This document shows positions 1-10,449 of a DNA stretch of 60,268 nucleotides, piece by piece (the first letter of the stretch is position 1; each line of letters begins with the position of its first letter). The translations under genes were made by a program, and so were the position numbers. The notes beneath the pieces are model-generated. The model made no database searches, was not told the origin of the DNA, and saw nothing but the letters and a program-made list of their open reading frames with translations. The stretch is taken from positions 1 through 60,268 of the forward strand of contig CASVZF010000004.1 of assembly GCA_949467015.1 (NCBI GenBank), written 5' to 3'. The DNA is from an uncultured Clostridium sp. (GTDB taxonomy: Bacteria > Bacillota > Clostridia > TANB77 > CAG-508).

Positions 1-83
1 TGCTCAAAGTATTTATTTTAAATAATTTGTGACAAATGATTGACTAACCTACATATCATAACACAAATTTAATAAAAAAGCTA

Positions 84-112
84 TTGATAAAAAAAACTTC
101 TAAGTATATAAT
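84..112 (+). promoter_or_regulatory. sigma-A type promoter candidate upstream of the DUF2207 gene
   Basis: TTGATA (84-89), 17 nt spacer, TATAAT (107-112), about 15-30 nt upstream of the start codons. Confidence 0.4.
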
Positions 113-127
113 AGAAACGAATACAAA

Positions 128-2073
128 ATGAAGGGAGTAATTATGAAAAAAACAATTAAGAACCTATTGATCATTCTAATACTTTTATTTGCATTTTTAT
201 TAATTGGAAATGTTAAAAGTATGGCATCAGGAGATTTATTTTTAAATAAACTAAATTTTGATGCTAAAATAAACTATGATGGAAGTATGGATGTAGTAGA
301 AACCTGGGATATTAATATAGAGGAGACAAACACATTATATAAAACATTTAAAACAGATCATACCAAATATTCAGGTATAACTAATGTACGAGTATCCGAG
401 ATAACAAATGGAACACAAAAAAGTTTGAAAGAGATTGATACATTAATGTATCATGTAACAAAAGATTGCTATTATGGAATGAAAAACGATGATGATGATT
501 TTGAAATTGCTTGGGGAGTAGGACTGGATAATAGTTCTGCTACGAAAAAATATCAAATATCCTATACAGTAGAAGATGCAGTAGAAAAATACTCTGATTA
601 TGCACAATTATATTGGCAATTTGTTGGAGAAGATTTTAAGATTAGTAGTAATCAAATAACAGGAACAATTACTTTACCAACAGATGCAAAAGATAAGGAC
701 GAAATTAAAGTATGGGGGCATACTGAAGATTTAAATGGCGAAATTTATGTAAGAGGACAAAATAAAATAGAATTTGAAGTAAATAATTTTAGAGAGGGAA
801 GATATGTAGAGGTAAGAACATTGTTTCCAACCGATATGATTATTTCATCTGCAAGAGGTAGTATGACTAAAACAATATTAAATGAAGTAGTAGAAGAAGA
901 AACCATATGGGCAAATGAAGCAAATAGCAGAAGAGCTATGAAAAACTTTATAAACTGGGCAATCATAATTGTAGTTGATATCGTGCTTATTCTCTTATGC
1001 CTATTATTGATAAAAAATATGATAAAAAATAGGAAAAGATTGAAAAATTTAAAAAAATTTATTCCTACAGAGGATATCCTTTATTTTAGAGAAATGCCAA
1101 GAGAGAATTCTACACCGGCAGAAGCCGTTTATATGTATAAGAAAATAAAATCAGAACTGCAAAGTAACGATTTAGGAAAAGTATTTTCAGCTACTTTGTT
1201 AGATTTGAAATTAAAGAAAATGATAGACTTTCAAATAATAAGAGACCAAAAAGCAAAAGAGGTTATTACTATAAAAATTTTAGACAAAGCTGCTAGTGAA
1301 AACTTAGAAAACAAAGATGAAAAAGCAATTTTAAAATTTTTATTAGGAGCATTTACTGCAAATAACAAAGAAGAAATAACAGTAAAAGAATTGCAAGAAT
1401 ATATTAAAACGCATTCTTCCAAAATATTATCCTTACAGAATAATATAAAAGAGGGAACAAAAGAGGGATTGAGACAAAATCATTTAATGGATAAAGAGGA
1501 AGAAGAAAAATATCAGAAAGCAACAGGAGGATTGCTAGGATACATAGTAGCCCTTATGTTTACAATGACGGGAGGGTTTGTCCTATGGGGGATACTTGAA
1601 AATGCATATCTATTGATAGGAGTCATACCATTTATTTTATTATTAATCATTAATCTGATTCTTAAGTCAATTGAATTGTCGAGAATGAATGTATTTACAC
1701 AAGAAGGAGTTAATGAATCAGAAAAATGGAAAGGATTAAAAAAATACATGGAAGAATTTTCTATGCTTGATAAAAGAGAAGTTCCTGAAATTGAAATCTG
1801 GGAAAAATTTTTAGTTTATGCAACAGCCTTTGGAATTGCTGATAAAGTATTAAAGCAATTAAAAATAGTTTATCCAGATATTGAAAACTCAATGAACATA
1901 AATACATATCCTTCTATGTATTTAATGATGAACACAGATTTTTCAACAACCTTTACAGACTCAATCAGTTCTTCTATGTCATCAGCTTATTCATCAGCTT
2001 CAGGCGGAGGAGGTGGATTCTCTGGCGGAGGCGGTGGAGGCCGGAGGCCGGAGGTGGCGGAGGTGGTAGATAG
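128..2073 (+). CDS. DUF2207-type membrane protein with Gly-rich C-terminal tail; tail needs two +1 shifts at CGG (2042, 2049)
   Basis: N-terminal signal/TM, central TM segments and a C-terminal SSASGGGGGFSGGGG tail are typical of DUF2207. GAAGGGAG RBS favours ATG 143 as start. As assembled the tail reads GGRRPEVAEVVDRYHL. Skipping C2042 and C2049 gives a pure Gly run ending R-stop at 2071-2073. Confidence 0.7.
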
Positions 2074-2114
2074 ATACCACCTTTAACAAAATTTAGATAA
2101 ACAGGAGAGAGAAG

Positions 2115-3845
2115 ATGGAAGAAGAAAAGATAAAAAAAATATATGAAATATTAAATAATATAGAAGTAACCTCAAAAAATGAAAATATTATAGATGAAAT
2201 AAGGAAAGAATTATTAAATGAAGATTATATAGGAGCTTTGAAAAAAATTGACAAGTTAAGTAAAATACAAAAACAATCAAAGGAACAAGAATCAGAATTA
2301 GATAGGGATGATGATGATGATGAAAAAATGGTAGGAATTTATCCTCAAAAACTAAGTAATCCCGAGTTGGAGTACACCTATATGGGCCTACTATTAACAG
2401 ATCCAAAGTTAATCGTAAAATACTATTTTGTATTTGAAGATTGTTATTTTGAAGATGATGATATATTAAATTTATATAAAAGTGTTTTATTTACAGAAGG
2501 TGCTGCTTATGCTTCTGAAGCAGCCAAAAGAGGATTTAATTTCTCAAGAGATTCCGAACAAGTATATAAATTGAAAAATGAACTAAAAGCAAAAGTGGCC
2601 AATAAAGATTATGATATGGAAAAAATATATTTAGATTTAAAGAAACTTTTCATATTAAGAAAAAATTATTTGGCAATTCCAATTAAAAATATTCAAGATA
2701 AAGTAGTAGAAATAACAGATTATATTTTATATAACAAAATGTCAGCTGAAGAAGTTGAAAGTGCTGTTGTGCAAGTAAATGATACAGAAAAATTTAAAAG
2801 AGCAATATTGAACGAAGATCTTACTAGTTTTTTAGAAAAAGGAGATAATAATTTGAGAAATGGATTAGCTTTACCTTTTCCTATATTAACAAGTGTATTT
2901 AAGGGAATAAGAAAGGGAGAGACTATGGCTTTTGCTATGCCATCAAACTCTGGAAAAAGTAGATTTACAATCGATGTAGCAGCACATGTTGCATTAATTC
3001 ATAAAAAGAAAGTTTTGGTAATTTCAAATGAAATGTCAGAAGAAAAAATGAGATTATGTTTAATTACTACCATATTAAATAATGAAGCAATTCAAAAAGT
3101 ACATGGGCAAAAGATTAGTAAGACAGAAGGTGAACTCTTAGAATTTAAGTTTCGACCAGATGATTCGAAAAAAGTAGAAGTTGACGATGAGGGATTTATT
3201 GTTAAGCAAAAAGGAGAAAAACAAGGGGATTTTGTAAAGAGATTATTACAGCAGTCATCCGAGTTTAATAAGGTAGTAGCTGTTACAGATTGGGTAAATA
3301 AAGAATTAAAAAATTCAATTTATTTTATTAACATAACAGATCATACAAATGATGAGCTAAAAAAGGTAATTATGAATTATTACTATAAGGAACAAATAGA
3401 ATATGTATTTTATGACACTTTGAAAACAGATACAGCAAATATTGGAATTGCAGAAGAAATTAAAAGAACAGCTACTATACTTTCTAATTTAGCACAAAAT
3501 TTTAATTTATATATCTGTTCAACATTACAATTAGCAGAAAGTAATACCCTACCTGTCAATTTAGATGTAAATGATTTAGCTGTTAGTAGAACAGTAAAAG
3601 AAGTATTAGATACATTATGCCTAATAAAACAAATTAATCGCGACACATTACAGAATTATGAATATTCATTAAAAGAGGTAGATACAGAATTTTTTGATTT
3701 AAAGAAATACAAAGATCCAGATGTTAGATATTATGCTTGTGTAGTTGATAAAAATAGAGCAGGAGCAAAGCCAACTTTATTATTTAGATTAAATTTAGCT
3801 TATAATGTTTGGGAAGAATTAGGATATCTCAGATTAAAACAATAA
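2115..3845 (+). CDS. divergent DnaB-like (RecA-fold) helicase paralogue
   Basis: Walker A-like AMPSNSGKSRF, Walker B-like YVFYDTL, DnaB-N-like segment YMGLLLTDPKLI, acidic linker; AGGAGAGAGAAG RBS. Confidence 0.5.
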   Translation: MEEEKIKKIYEILNNIEVTSKNENIIDEIRKELLNEDYIGALKKIDKLSKIQKQSKEQESELDRDDDDDEKMVGIYPQKLSNPELEYTYMGLLLTDPKLIVKYYFVFEDCYFEDDDILNLYKSVLFTEGAAYASEAAKRGFNFSRDSEQVYKLKNELKAKVANKDYDMEKIYLDLKKLFILRKNYLAIPIKNIQDKVVEITDYILYNKMSAEEVESAVVQVNDTEKFKRAILNEDLTSFLEKGDNNLRNGLALPFPILTSVFKGIRKGETMAFAMPSNSGKSRFTIDVAAHVALIHKKKVLVISNEMSEEKMRLCLITTILNNEAIQKVHGQKISKTEGELLEFKFRPDDSKKVEVDDEGFIVKQKGEKQGDFVKRLLQQSSEFNKVVAVTDWVNKELKNSIYFINITDHTNDELKKVIMNYYYKEQIEYVFYDTLKTDTANIGIAEEIKRTATILSNLAQNFNLYICSTLQLAESNTLPVNLDVNDLAVSRTVKEVLDTLCLIKQINRDTLQNYEYSLKEVDTEFFDLKKYKDPDVRYYACVVDKNRAGAKPTLLFRLNLAYNVWEELGYLRLKQ

Positions 3846-3909
3846 AGAAATCAATCATGAAAAGCAAATATTATTAGAAAGAAAGATTAACTAAAATAAA
3901 AGGAATTCA

Positions 3910-4509
3910 TTGGAAATGGAAAATTGGAATGAATATTATAAAAATACGATATCAAAATCTCCTAGTAAGATATTGGCAAAATATTTTGATTTGGGTTTAG
4001 ACAGCAATAGCAAGGGCAATAAGATAGCTATCGATTTAGGTTGTGGAGTAGGAAATGACACAATATATTTACTAAAAAAGAATTATAAAGTTATTGCTGT
4101 AGACAAAGAGGTATCTGTAATTGATTTTATAAAAAGTAGAATTTCAGATACTTCAAAATTAGATTTTATAATCGATAGTTTTGAAAATGTTAAACTTAAT
4201 AAAGCAAATTTAATAATCTCAAATCTTAGTATATATTTTTGTAAGCCAAAATATTTTAATAGACTTTGCAATGAGATAACAAACAACATTGTAGAAGGAG
4301 GATACTTCGTAGGAAATTTTTTAGGAAAAGAAGATGATTGGAGTATTGATACGAATAGAACATTTATTAACAAAGAACAATTAGATATAATATTTAAAAA
4401 TTTTGAAATCGTATTTTTCAAAGAGAAGAAATTTAATAGACAAACAGTAAAAGGAAAAATGAAATTTTGGCACATATTTCAAATTATAGCTAGAAAAAAC
4501 ATGAATTAA
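3910..4509 (+). CDS. class I SAM-dependent methyltransferase (TehB-like)
   Basis: SAM motif I DLGCGVGNDTIYL followed by VIAVDKE; TTG 3910 or ATG 3916 start. Confidence 0.65.
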   Translation: MEMENWNEYYKNTISKSPSKILAKYFDLGLDSNSKGNKIAIDLGCGVGNDTIYLLKKNYKVIAVDKEVSVIDFIKSRISDTSKLDFIIDSFENVKLNKANLIISNLSIYFCKPKYFNRLCNEITNNIVEGGYFVGNFLGKEDDWSIDTNRTFINKEQLDIIFKNFEIVFFKEKKFNRQTVKGKMKFWHIFQIIARKNMN

Positions 4510-4536
4510 ATTAGGAACTTAGCAGTAACCTAAATA

Positions 4537-4580
4537 AAACTCCTTTCATATGATATAAAAAAATGAGAGGAGTTTATTTT
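4537..4580 (+). terminator. intrinsic terminator after the methyltransferase, overlapping the peroxiredoxin RBS
   Basis: 13 bp stem AAACTCCTTTCAT / ATGAGAGGAGTTT (one mismatch) followed by a T-run. Confidence 0.45.
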
Positions 4581-4581
4581 T

Positions 4582-5292
4582 ATGGATTATGAATTAATGA
4601 TGAACGGAAATGTAAAAATAGGACAAAAAGCACCGGATTTTGATGCTACAACAACTTTTGGAGAAATTAAATTAAAAGATTATCAAGGAAAGTGGCTAGT
4701 TCTATTTTCACATCCAGGAGATTTTACCCCAGTATGCACAACTGAAATGATTGCATTTACAAGAGCGCATACATATTTTAAAGATATGAATACAGAACTA
4801 CTAGGATTAAGTGTTGATAGTAACAGTTCACATCTAGCTTGGATGTATGATATCTATTGTAGAACAGGAATTAGAGTATCCTTTCCAATTATAGCAGATA
4901 GAAATGGACAGATTGCAAGAAAATATGGAATGATAGCAAATGATATTAGTAATACACAAACCGTTCGAAATGTATTTATTATCGATGATAAAGGAATCGT
5001 GAGAACAATATTAGTTTATCCAATGAATGTAGGAAGATTTATTCCTGAAATAATTAGAATTGTTCAAGCTTTGCAAATGGCAGATTGCAGCAAAGGTTCA
5101 ACAGCTGCAAATTGGATGCCAAATCAGCCAGTTATTGTTCCAATGCCTACAACTTATAAGCAATTAGAAGAAAGAGTGGAAAGTATAAATAAGAATAGAA
5201 ATGGAATTAGCTGGTATCTAAGTTTTAAAGAACCGCCAGAAGAATGTATAAGAACGAAAGAAGACTGTAATACATTAGAAGAGGGAAAATAA
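4582..5292 (+). CDS. peroxiredoxin (1-Cys / Prx6-like)
   Basis: FSHPGDFTPVCTTE active-site motif and the thioredoxin-fold length. Confidence 0.85.
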   Translation: MDYELMMNGNVKIGQKAPDFDATTTFGEIKLKDYQGKWLVLFSHPGDFTPVCTTEMIAFTRAHTYFKDMNTELLGLSVDSNSSHLAWMYDIYCRTGIRVSFPIIADRNGQIARKYGMIANDISNTQTVRNVFIIDDKGIVRTILVYPMNVGRFIPEIIRIVQALQMADCSKGSTAANWMPNQPVIVPMPTTYKQLEERVESINKNRNGISWYLSFKEPPEECIRTKEDCNTLEEGK

Positions 5293-5334
5293 AAAATGTA
5301 GGAAAGTAGAAATTAAAAAAATTTTAAAAAAGTA

Positions 5335-5363
5335 TTACACAAAAATAAAATTTGTGCTATAAT
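5335..5363 (+). promoter_or_regulatory. promoter candidate for the MATE gene leader
   Basis: TTACAC (5335-5340), 17 nt spacer ending TGTGC, TATAAT (5358-5363). Confidence 0.4.
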
Positions 5364-5385
5364 AAATAAGTCGAGCAGTGAATAG

Positions 5386-5422
5386 CGTAAGTCCAGATTA
5401 AATGGACTTACGTTATTTTTTT
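5386..5422 (+). terminator. intrinsic terminator / leader attenuator between the promoter and the MATE RBS
   Basis: 10 bp stem CGTAAGTCCA / TGGACTTACG, 7 nt loop, T-rich run TTATTTTTTT. Confidence 0.55.
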
Positions 5423-5467
5423 GTTTGCTTAAAAAATATTATAAAAAATAGGAGGAAGAAATTCATT

Positions 5468-7421
5468 ATGGAAGAAACAAAAAAGAACAAGATGGCAGAC
5501 GCACCTATGAAAAAATTATTTTGGAAAATGGGGTTGCCAATGATTGTATCAATGGTTTTACAAGCACTATATAATGTAGTTGATAGTATTTTTGTAGCCA
5601 ATATGGGAGAAGAAGGAGCAATTGCCAACCAGGCATTAACAATTGCTTTTCCCATACAAATATTAATTATTGCTATAGGAGTTGGAACAGGCGTTGGTTT
5701 AAACGCATTGCTTTCAAAAAGTTTAGGAGAAAAAAATAATGAAAAAGTAAACAAAGTAGCAGGAAATGGTATATTTCTTAGTATTTGTATATTTCTTGTA
5801 TTCTTATTATTTGGAGCGTTTGGCTCAGAGTGGTTCATTTCATTATTTGCTGGTGGAAACAATGAAGTGATTTTTATGGGAACCACTTATTTACAAATTT
5901 GTTGCTGTTTTTCTATTCGGAGCGATAGGTTATACTGTTTATGAAAGATTTTTACAATCAACAGGAAAAACGATGCTTTCTACGATTGCACAAATATCAG
6001 GAGCAGTTACCAATATTGTTTTAGACTATATTTTTATTTATCCTTGTAAAATGGGAGTCGCAGGAGCAGCATGGGCTACTGTTATAGGACAATTTGTATC
6101 TTTAGCCATGGCTATGATTTTCCATTATGCCTTAAACAAGGAGATAAGTGGAAAAGTTAAATATATAAAACCAGAATTTAATTTAATAAAAGGTATTTAT
6201 AATATTGGCATTTCAGCTGCTATTATGCAAGCATTACTTTCCGTTATGATGGCTGGAGTGAATGCTATACTAGGAAGTGCTCATGCTAATCCGACAATTT
6301 TAGTAGGTTCATTTGGCATTTATTATAAAATTCAACAAATTGCGTTATTTTCGGCATTTGGGTTATCGAATACGATCATTTCAATTTTATCATTTAATTA
6401 TGGAATGAAAGATAAAGAAAGAATCGATGACTGTATCAAATATGGAATCATTGACACTTTTATTGTTACATTGATATTAACTGTTATATTTGAACTTTTT
6501 GCACAGTCTCTGGCAAGTTTATTTGGATTAACAGGAGGAAGTACAACTGAAATTATAACAATATGTGCAACTGCTATTAGAATTGCTAGTATAGGTTATA
6601 TATTTATGGGATTCTCAGTTGCCGTGCAAGGTATTTTGCAATCTTTGGGATATGCGCTAAGACCATTAGTTATTTCTTTATTAAGGCTAATAATATTCGT
6701 ATTTCCAATAGCATATTTATTTACACTATCTGATAATGTTACAAATATTGTTTGGTGGACTTTTCCAGTAGCAGAAGTAGCCACTGCACTAATTTCGATA
6801 TGGATTTTAAAGAAATCATATAAAGAAAAAATAGAAACCATACAAAAAGCAAAAGCTTCTGAAATAAATAAAAAATTGATTCTATCTATTTCTCGTGAAC
6901 ATGGAACAAACGGAAAAGAAATAGCTAGAAAAGTCGCTGAACAATTAGGTTTAAAATTCTATGATAAAGAAGAAATGAAAAAATATGCAATAAAGCACGC
7001 TTTAGCTTCTAATAGCCATACAGATGATGAATTATACAAGTTTTATTTATCATTAGATGCAGAAAAAGATGCTATAATAAAACAAGCAGAAACAATTAAA
7101 TTAATTGCATCAGAAGATAATTGTGTTATTGTTGGTAGAGCATCAGATTATATATTAAAAGATAATCCAAATCTAATTAAGATATTTTTATATGCACCAT
7201 TAGAATATAGAATTAATAAAGTGAAAGAAATGTATCACGATACTTACAAAGACGCTAAAAAACACGTACTAGATTCGGATAAATCAAGAGCATCCTATTA
7301 TGAAGTTATTTCAAATCAATCTTGGGGACAAAAAGAGAACTATGATTTATGTCTTAACTGTGAAATTGGTAACGATAAAATTGTAGAAGTTATTTGTGAA
7401 TATATTAAACATAAAAAATAA
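5468..7421 (+). CDS. MATE family efflux transporter fused in frame to a C-terminal cytidylate-kinase-like (PF13189-like) domain; frame broken at CGG 5918
   Basis: N-terminus APMKKLFWKMGLPMIVSMVLQALYNVVDSIFV is MATE-typical, and the frame after 5919 continues GAIGYTVYERFLQSTGKT. The C-terminal roughly 190 aa (LILSISREHGTNGKEIARKVAEQLGLKFYDKE) resembles cytidylate-kinase-like proteins. No stop codon lies between the two parts. Confidence 0.7.
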
Positions 7422-7491
7422 ATTTAAACATTTTAAAGTAATCCAACAATATAAAATTCCTAAATATAATTTATCTAGGAATTTTTTTATA

Positions 7492-7520
7492 TTGACAAAT
7501 ACCCTGTGGGGGTATATAAT
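7492..7520 (+). promoter_or_regulatory. csoR-copA promoter with embedded CsoR-type operator
   Basis: TTGACA (7492-7497), 17 nt spacer, TATAAT (7515-7520). The spacer holds the inverted repeat ATACCC-TGTGG-GGGTAT (7499-7515), which is the C/G-tract architecture of known CsoR operators. Confidence 0.7.
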
Positions 7521-7542
7521 TCGTAACAGAGGAGATGAGAAA

Positions 7543-7857
7543 ATGAAAAATGATAAATGTGAAGAATATTGTAAACGAAATAGAAGAAGTACATATCGAA
7601 CAGAAGAAGATAAAAAAGAATTAACAAAAAGGTTAAATATTATAGAAGGACAAGTAAGGGGAATTAACCAAATGATTGCTGATGATAGATATTGTGATGA
7701 TGTGCTAGTACAGATAGCAGCAGTAAATAAAGCTTTAAAAAGTTTAGGCAATCATATATTAGAGAGTCATTTAAAATCATGTGTTGTTCATGATATACAA
7801 ATGGGAAATTTGGATATATTAGAAGAAGTTATGTTGTTGATAAAAAAATTGCAGTAA
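7543..7857 (+). CDS. csoR: CsoR-family copper-sensing transcriptional repressor
   Basis: RLNIIEGQVRGINQMIADDRYCDDVLVQIAAVNKAL signature with conserved Cys/His; GGAGATGAG RBS; immediately upstream of copA. Confidence 0.85.
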   Translation: MKNDKCEEYCKRNRRSTYRTEEDKKELTKRLNIIEGQVRGINQMIADDRYCDDVLVQIAAVNKALKSLGNHILESHLKSCVVHDIQMGNLDILEEVMLLIKKLQ

Positions 7858-7920
7858 GTTATTAAAAATAAACTTTGTCTTTTGTACTTTTAAAATGATG
7901 AAAAGGGGGAAAGTAGAAAT

Positions 7921-10449
7921 ATGAAAAACGCTAAATTTAATATTCAAGGAATGACATGTAGTAGCTGTTCTTCACATGTTGAAAAAGCAGTGAGTAAACT
8001 AGAAGGAGTAAAAAATGTGACTGTCAATCTATTGTTAAACAATATGATTGTTAATTATGATGAAACGATTGTAGACAATGAGAAAATTATACAAGCAGTA
8101 TTAGAATCTGGATATGATGCAAGTTTATATGAAAAAACAAAAGAAGAAAAGAGAAAAGAAAAAGAAGGAAATCAGACAAAAGACAATATTAAAATTATGA
8201 AGAATAGACTAATTATATCTATATGTTTTTTCATACCACTTATGTATATAGCAATGCACCATATGTTATATGAGTGGTTTGGATTACCAGTTCCAGAGAT
8301 GATAAAAATGTTATTTCATGGAAAAGAAAATGCAATCACCTTTGGTTTTACACAATTTTTATTGTTACTTCCAATTATATATGTAAATAGGAACTATTTT
8401 ATTGTGGGATTGAAAAGATTGTTCAAAGGTACACCCAATATGGATTCTTTAATTGCAATTGGTAGCATAGCGGCTATTATATATGGAATATTTGCAATTT
8501 ATATGATAGGCTATGGGCTAGGACACAATCAAATGGAATTGGTAGAACAATATTCTATGGATATTTACTTTGAATCGGCAGGAACAATACTTACATTAGT
8601 AACAGTTGGAAAATATTTAGAAGCAAAATCAAAAAGAAAAACAGGTGACGCAATCAGTAAATTAATTAATTTAATACCTAAAACGGCAATCGTTATTAGA
8701 GGGGGAAAAGAAATTGAATTAAATTTAGAAGAAATAGTTGTTGGAGATATAATAGTAATTAAACCAGGAGGGAGCATTCCGGTAGACGGAATTATCATAG
8801 AAGGAAATTCTTCAGTGGATCAATCTAATATAACGGGAGAAAGTATACCAATCGACAAAACGATAGGCGAAACGCTGATTTCTGGAACGATTAATAAAAG
8901 TGGATACTTAAAAATGAAAGCTACAAAAGTAGGGGATCATACAACACTTTCACAAATTATAAAATTAGTAGAGGAAGCAAGCAATTCAAAAGCGCCGATA
9001 GCTAAAATAGCGGATAAAGTAAGTGGGATATTTGTACCAGCTGTAATTAGCATAGCCTTTCTCACAATCGTTATATGGATTTTAGTGGGTCAAAGTTTTG
9101 AATTTGCCTTGACCATGGGAATTGCTGTTTTAGTCATATCATGTCCATGTGCATTAGGACTAGCAACGCCAGTAGCGATTATGGTAGGAACAGGAAAAGG
9201 AGCAGAAAATGGAATCTTAATAAAGTCAGCTGAAGCTCTAGAAGTGTTACATTCAGTAGATACGATCGTTTTAGATAAAACAGGAACGATTACAGAGGGC
9301 AAACCAAAAGTCACAGACATAGTTTCTAGTTTATCCCAAAAAGAATTACTAAAAATAGCAGGAAGTTTGGAAAAAAAGTCAGAGCATCCTTTAGCAGAAG
9401 CAATTGTCGAGAAAGCAAAAGAAGAAGAAATAGAAATATTAGAGGTAAAAGAATTTATGACTATTTCGGGAAGAGGCATAAAAGGTAAAATAGATGGAAC
9501 AAATTATTTTGGTGGAAATAAATCATTTATGAAAGAGAATAACATTGATATCAATAGTATCATTTCACAAAGTAATGAATTATTAAGGCAGGGAAAAACC
9601 GTTTTATATTTTGCAAATGAAAATAATATAATTGGAATGATTGCAGTGGCAGATACTGTTAAAGATACAAGTTATCAAGCAATCCAAGAGCTTAAAAGAA
9701 AAAATATAGAAGTTGATATGCTGACAGGAGATAATAAAATAGTAGCACAAACTATTGGAAATGAGCTTGGAATTGATAAAGTTATTTCTGAAGTATTACC
9801 ACAAGATAAAGAAAAAGAAGTAGAAAACTTACAAAAACAAGGTAAAAAAGTAGCATTTGTAGGTGATGGCATAAATGATAGTCCAGCTTTAGTAAAAGCA
9901 AATGTTGGAATGGCAATCGGCTCAGGAACAGATATAGCAGTTGAATCAGCAGATATCGTGCTAATGAAGAATAGACTGGTTGATGTAGTTACAGCAATTG
10001 ACTTAAGTAAAGCGGTTATAAAAAATATAAAGATGAATTTATTTTGGGCATTTTTTTATAATATAATAGGAATACCAGTAGCTTGTGGAATATTTTATCC
10101 AATTTTTGGATTGAAACTAAATCCAATGATAGGTGCAGCAGCTATGAGCTTAAGTTCAGTTTGTGTTGTTAGCAATGCTTTACGATTAAAAAAGTTTCAA
10201 TCAAATTTTAAGGAGGAAAAAAAGAAAATGAATACAAAAATAATTGAAATTGAAGGAATGCAATGTAATCATTGCAAAATGAGTGTAGAAAAGGCTTTAA
10301 ATGAATTAGATGGAATTACAAAAGTAGAAGTAAATATAGAAAGTAAAAAAGCAATAATAGAAATAAATAAAAAAATTGAAAATAACAAAATTAAAGAAGC
10401 AATTGAAAAGTTAGCAATTAAATATTTTACAGTAAAAAGTATAAATTAG
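7921..10449 (+). CDS. copA: copper-translocating P1B-type ATPase with an N-terminal HMA domain and an extra C-terminal CopZ-like HMA domain
   Basis: GMTCSSC (N-terminal HMA), CPC transmembrane motif (SCPCALGLA), DKTGT phosphorylation site, GDGINDSPAL. The C-terminal 74 codons hold a second GMQCNHC domain preceded by AGGAGG (10211-10216) and an in-frame ATG at 10228. Confidence 0.9.
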   Translation: MKNAKFNIQGMTCSSCSSHVEKAVSKLEGVKNVTVNLLLNNMIVNYDETIVDNEKIIQAVLESGYDASLYEKTKEEKRKEKEGNQTKDNIKIMKNRLIISICFFIPLMYIAMHHMLYEWFGLPVPEMIKMLFHGKENAITFGFTQFLLLLPIIYVNRNYFIVGLKRLFKGTPNMDSLIAIGSIAAIIYGIFAIYMIGYGLGHNQMELVEQYSMDIYFESAGTILTLVTVGKYLEAKSKRKTGDAISKLINLIPKTAIVIRGGKEIELNLEEIVVGDIIVIKPGGSIPVDGIIIEGNSSVDQSNITGESIPIDKTIGETLISGTINKSGYLKMKATKVGDHTTLSQIIKLVEEASNSKAPIAKIADKVSGIFVPAVISIAFLTIVIWILVGQSFEFALTMGIAVLVISCPCALGLATPVAIMVGTGKGAENGILIKSAEALEVLHSVDTIVLDKTGTITEGKPKVTDIVSSLSQKELLKIAGSLEKKSEHPLAEAIVEKAKEEEIEILEVKEFMTISGRGIKGKIDGTNYFGGNKSFMKENNIDINSIISQSNELLRQGKTVLYFANENNIIGMIAVADTVKDTSYQAIQELKRKNIEVDMLTGDNKIVAQTIGNELGIDKVISEVLPQDKEKEVENLQKQGKKVAFVGDGINDSPALVKANVGMAIGSGTDIAVESADIVLMKNRLVDVVTAIDLSKAVIKNIKMNLFWAFFYNIIGIPVACGIFYPIFGLKLNPMIGAAAMSLSSVCVVSNALRLKKFQSNFKEEKKKMNTKIIEIEGMQCNHCKMSVEKALNELDGITKVEVNIESKKAIIEINKKIENNKIKEAIEKLAIKYFTVKSIN

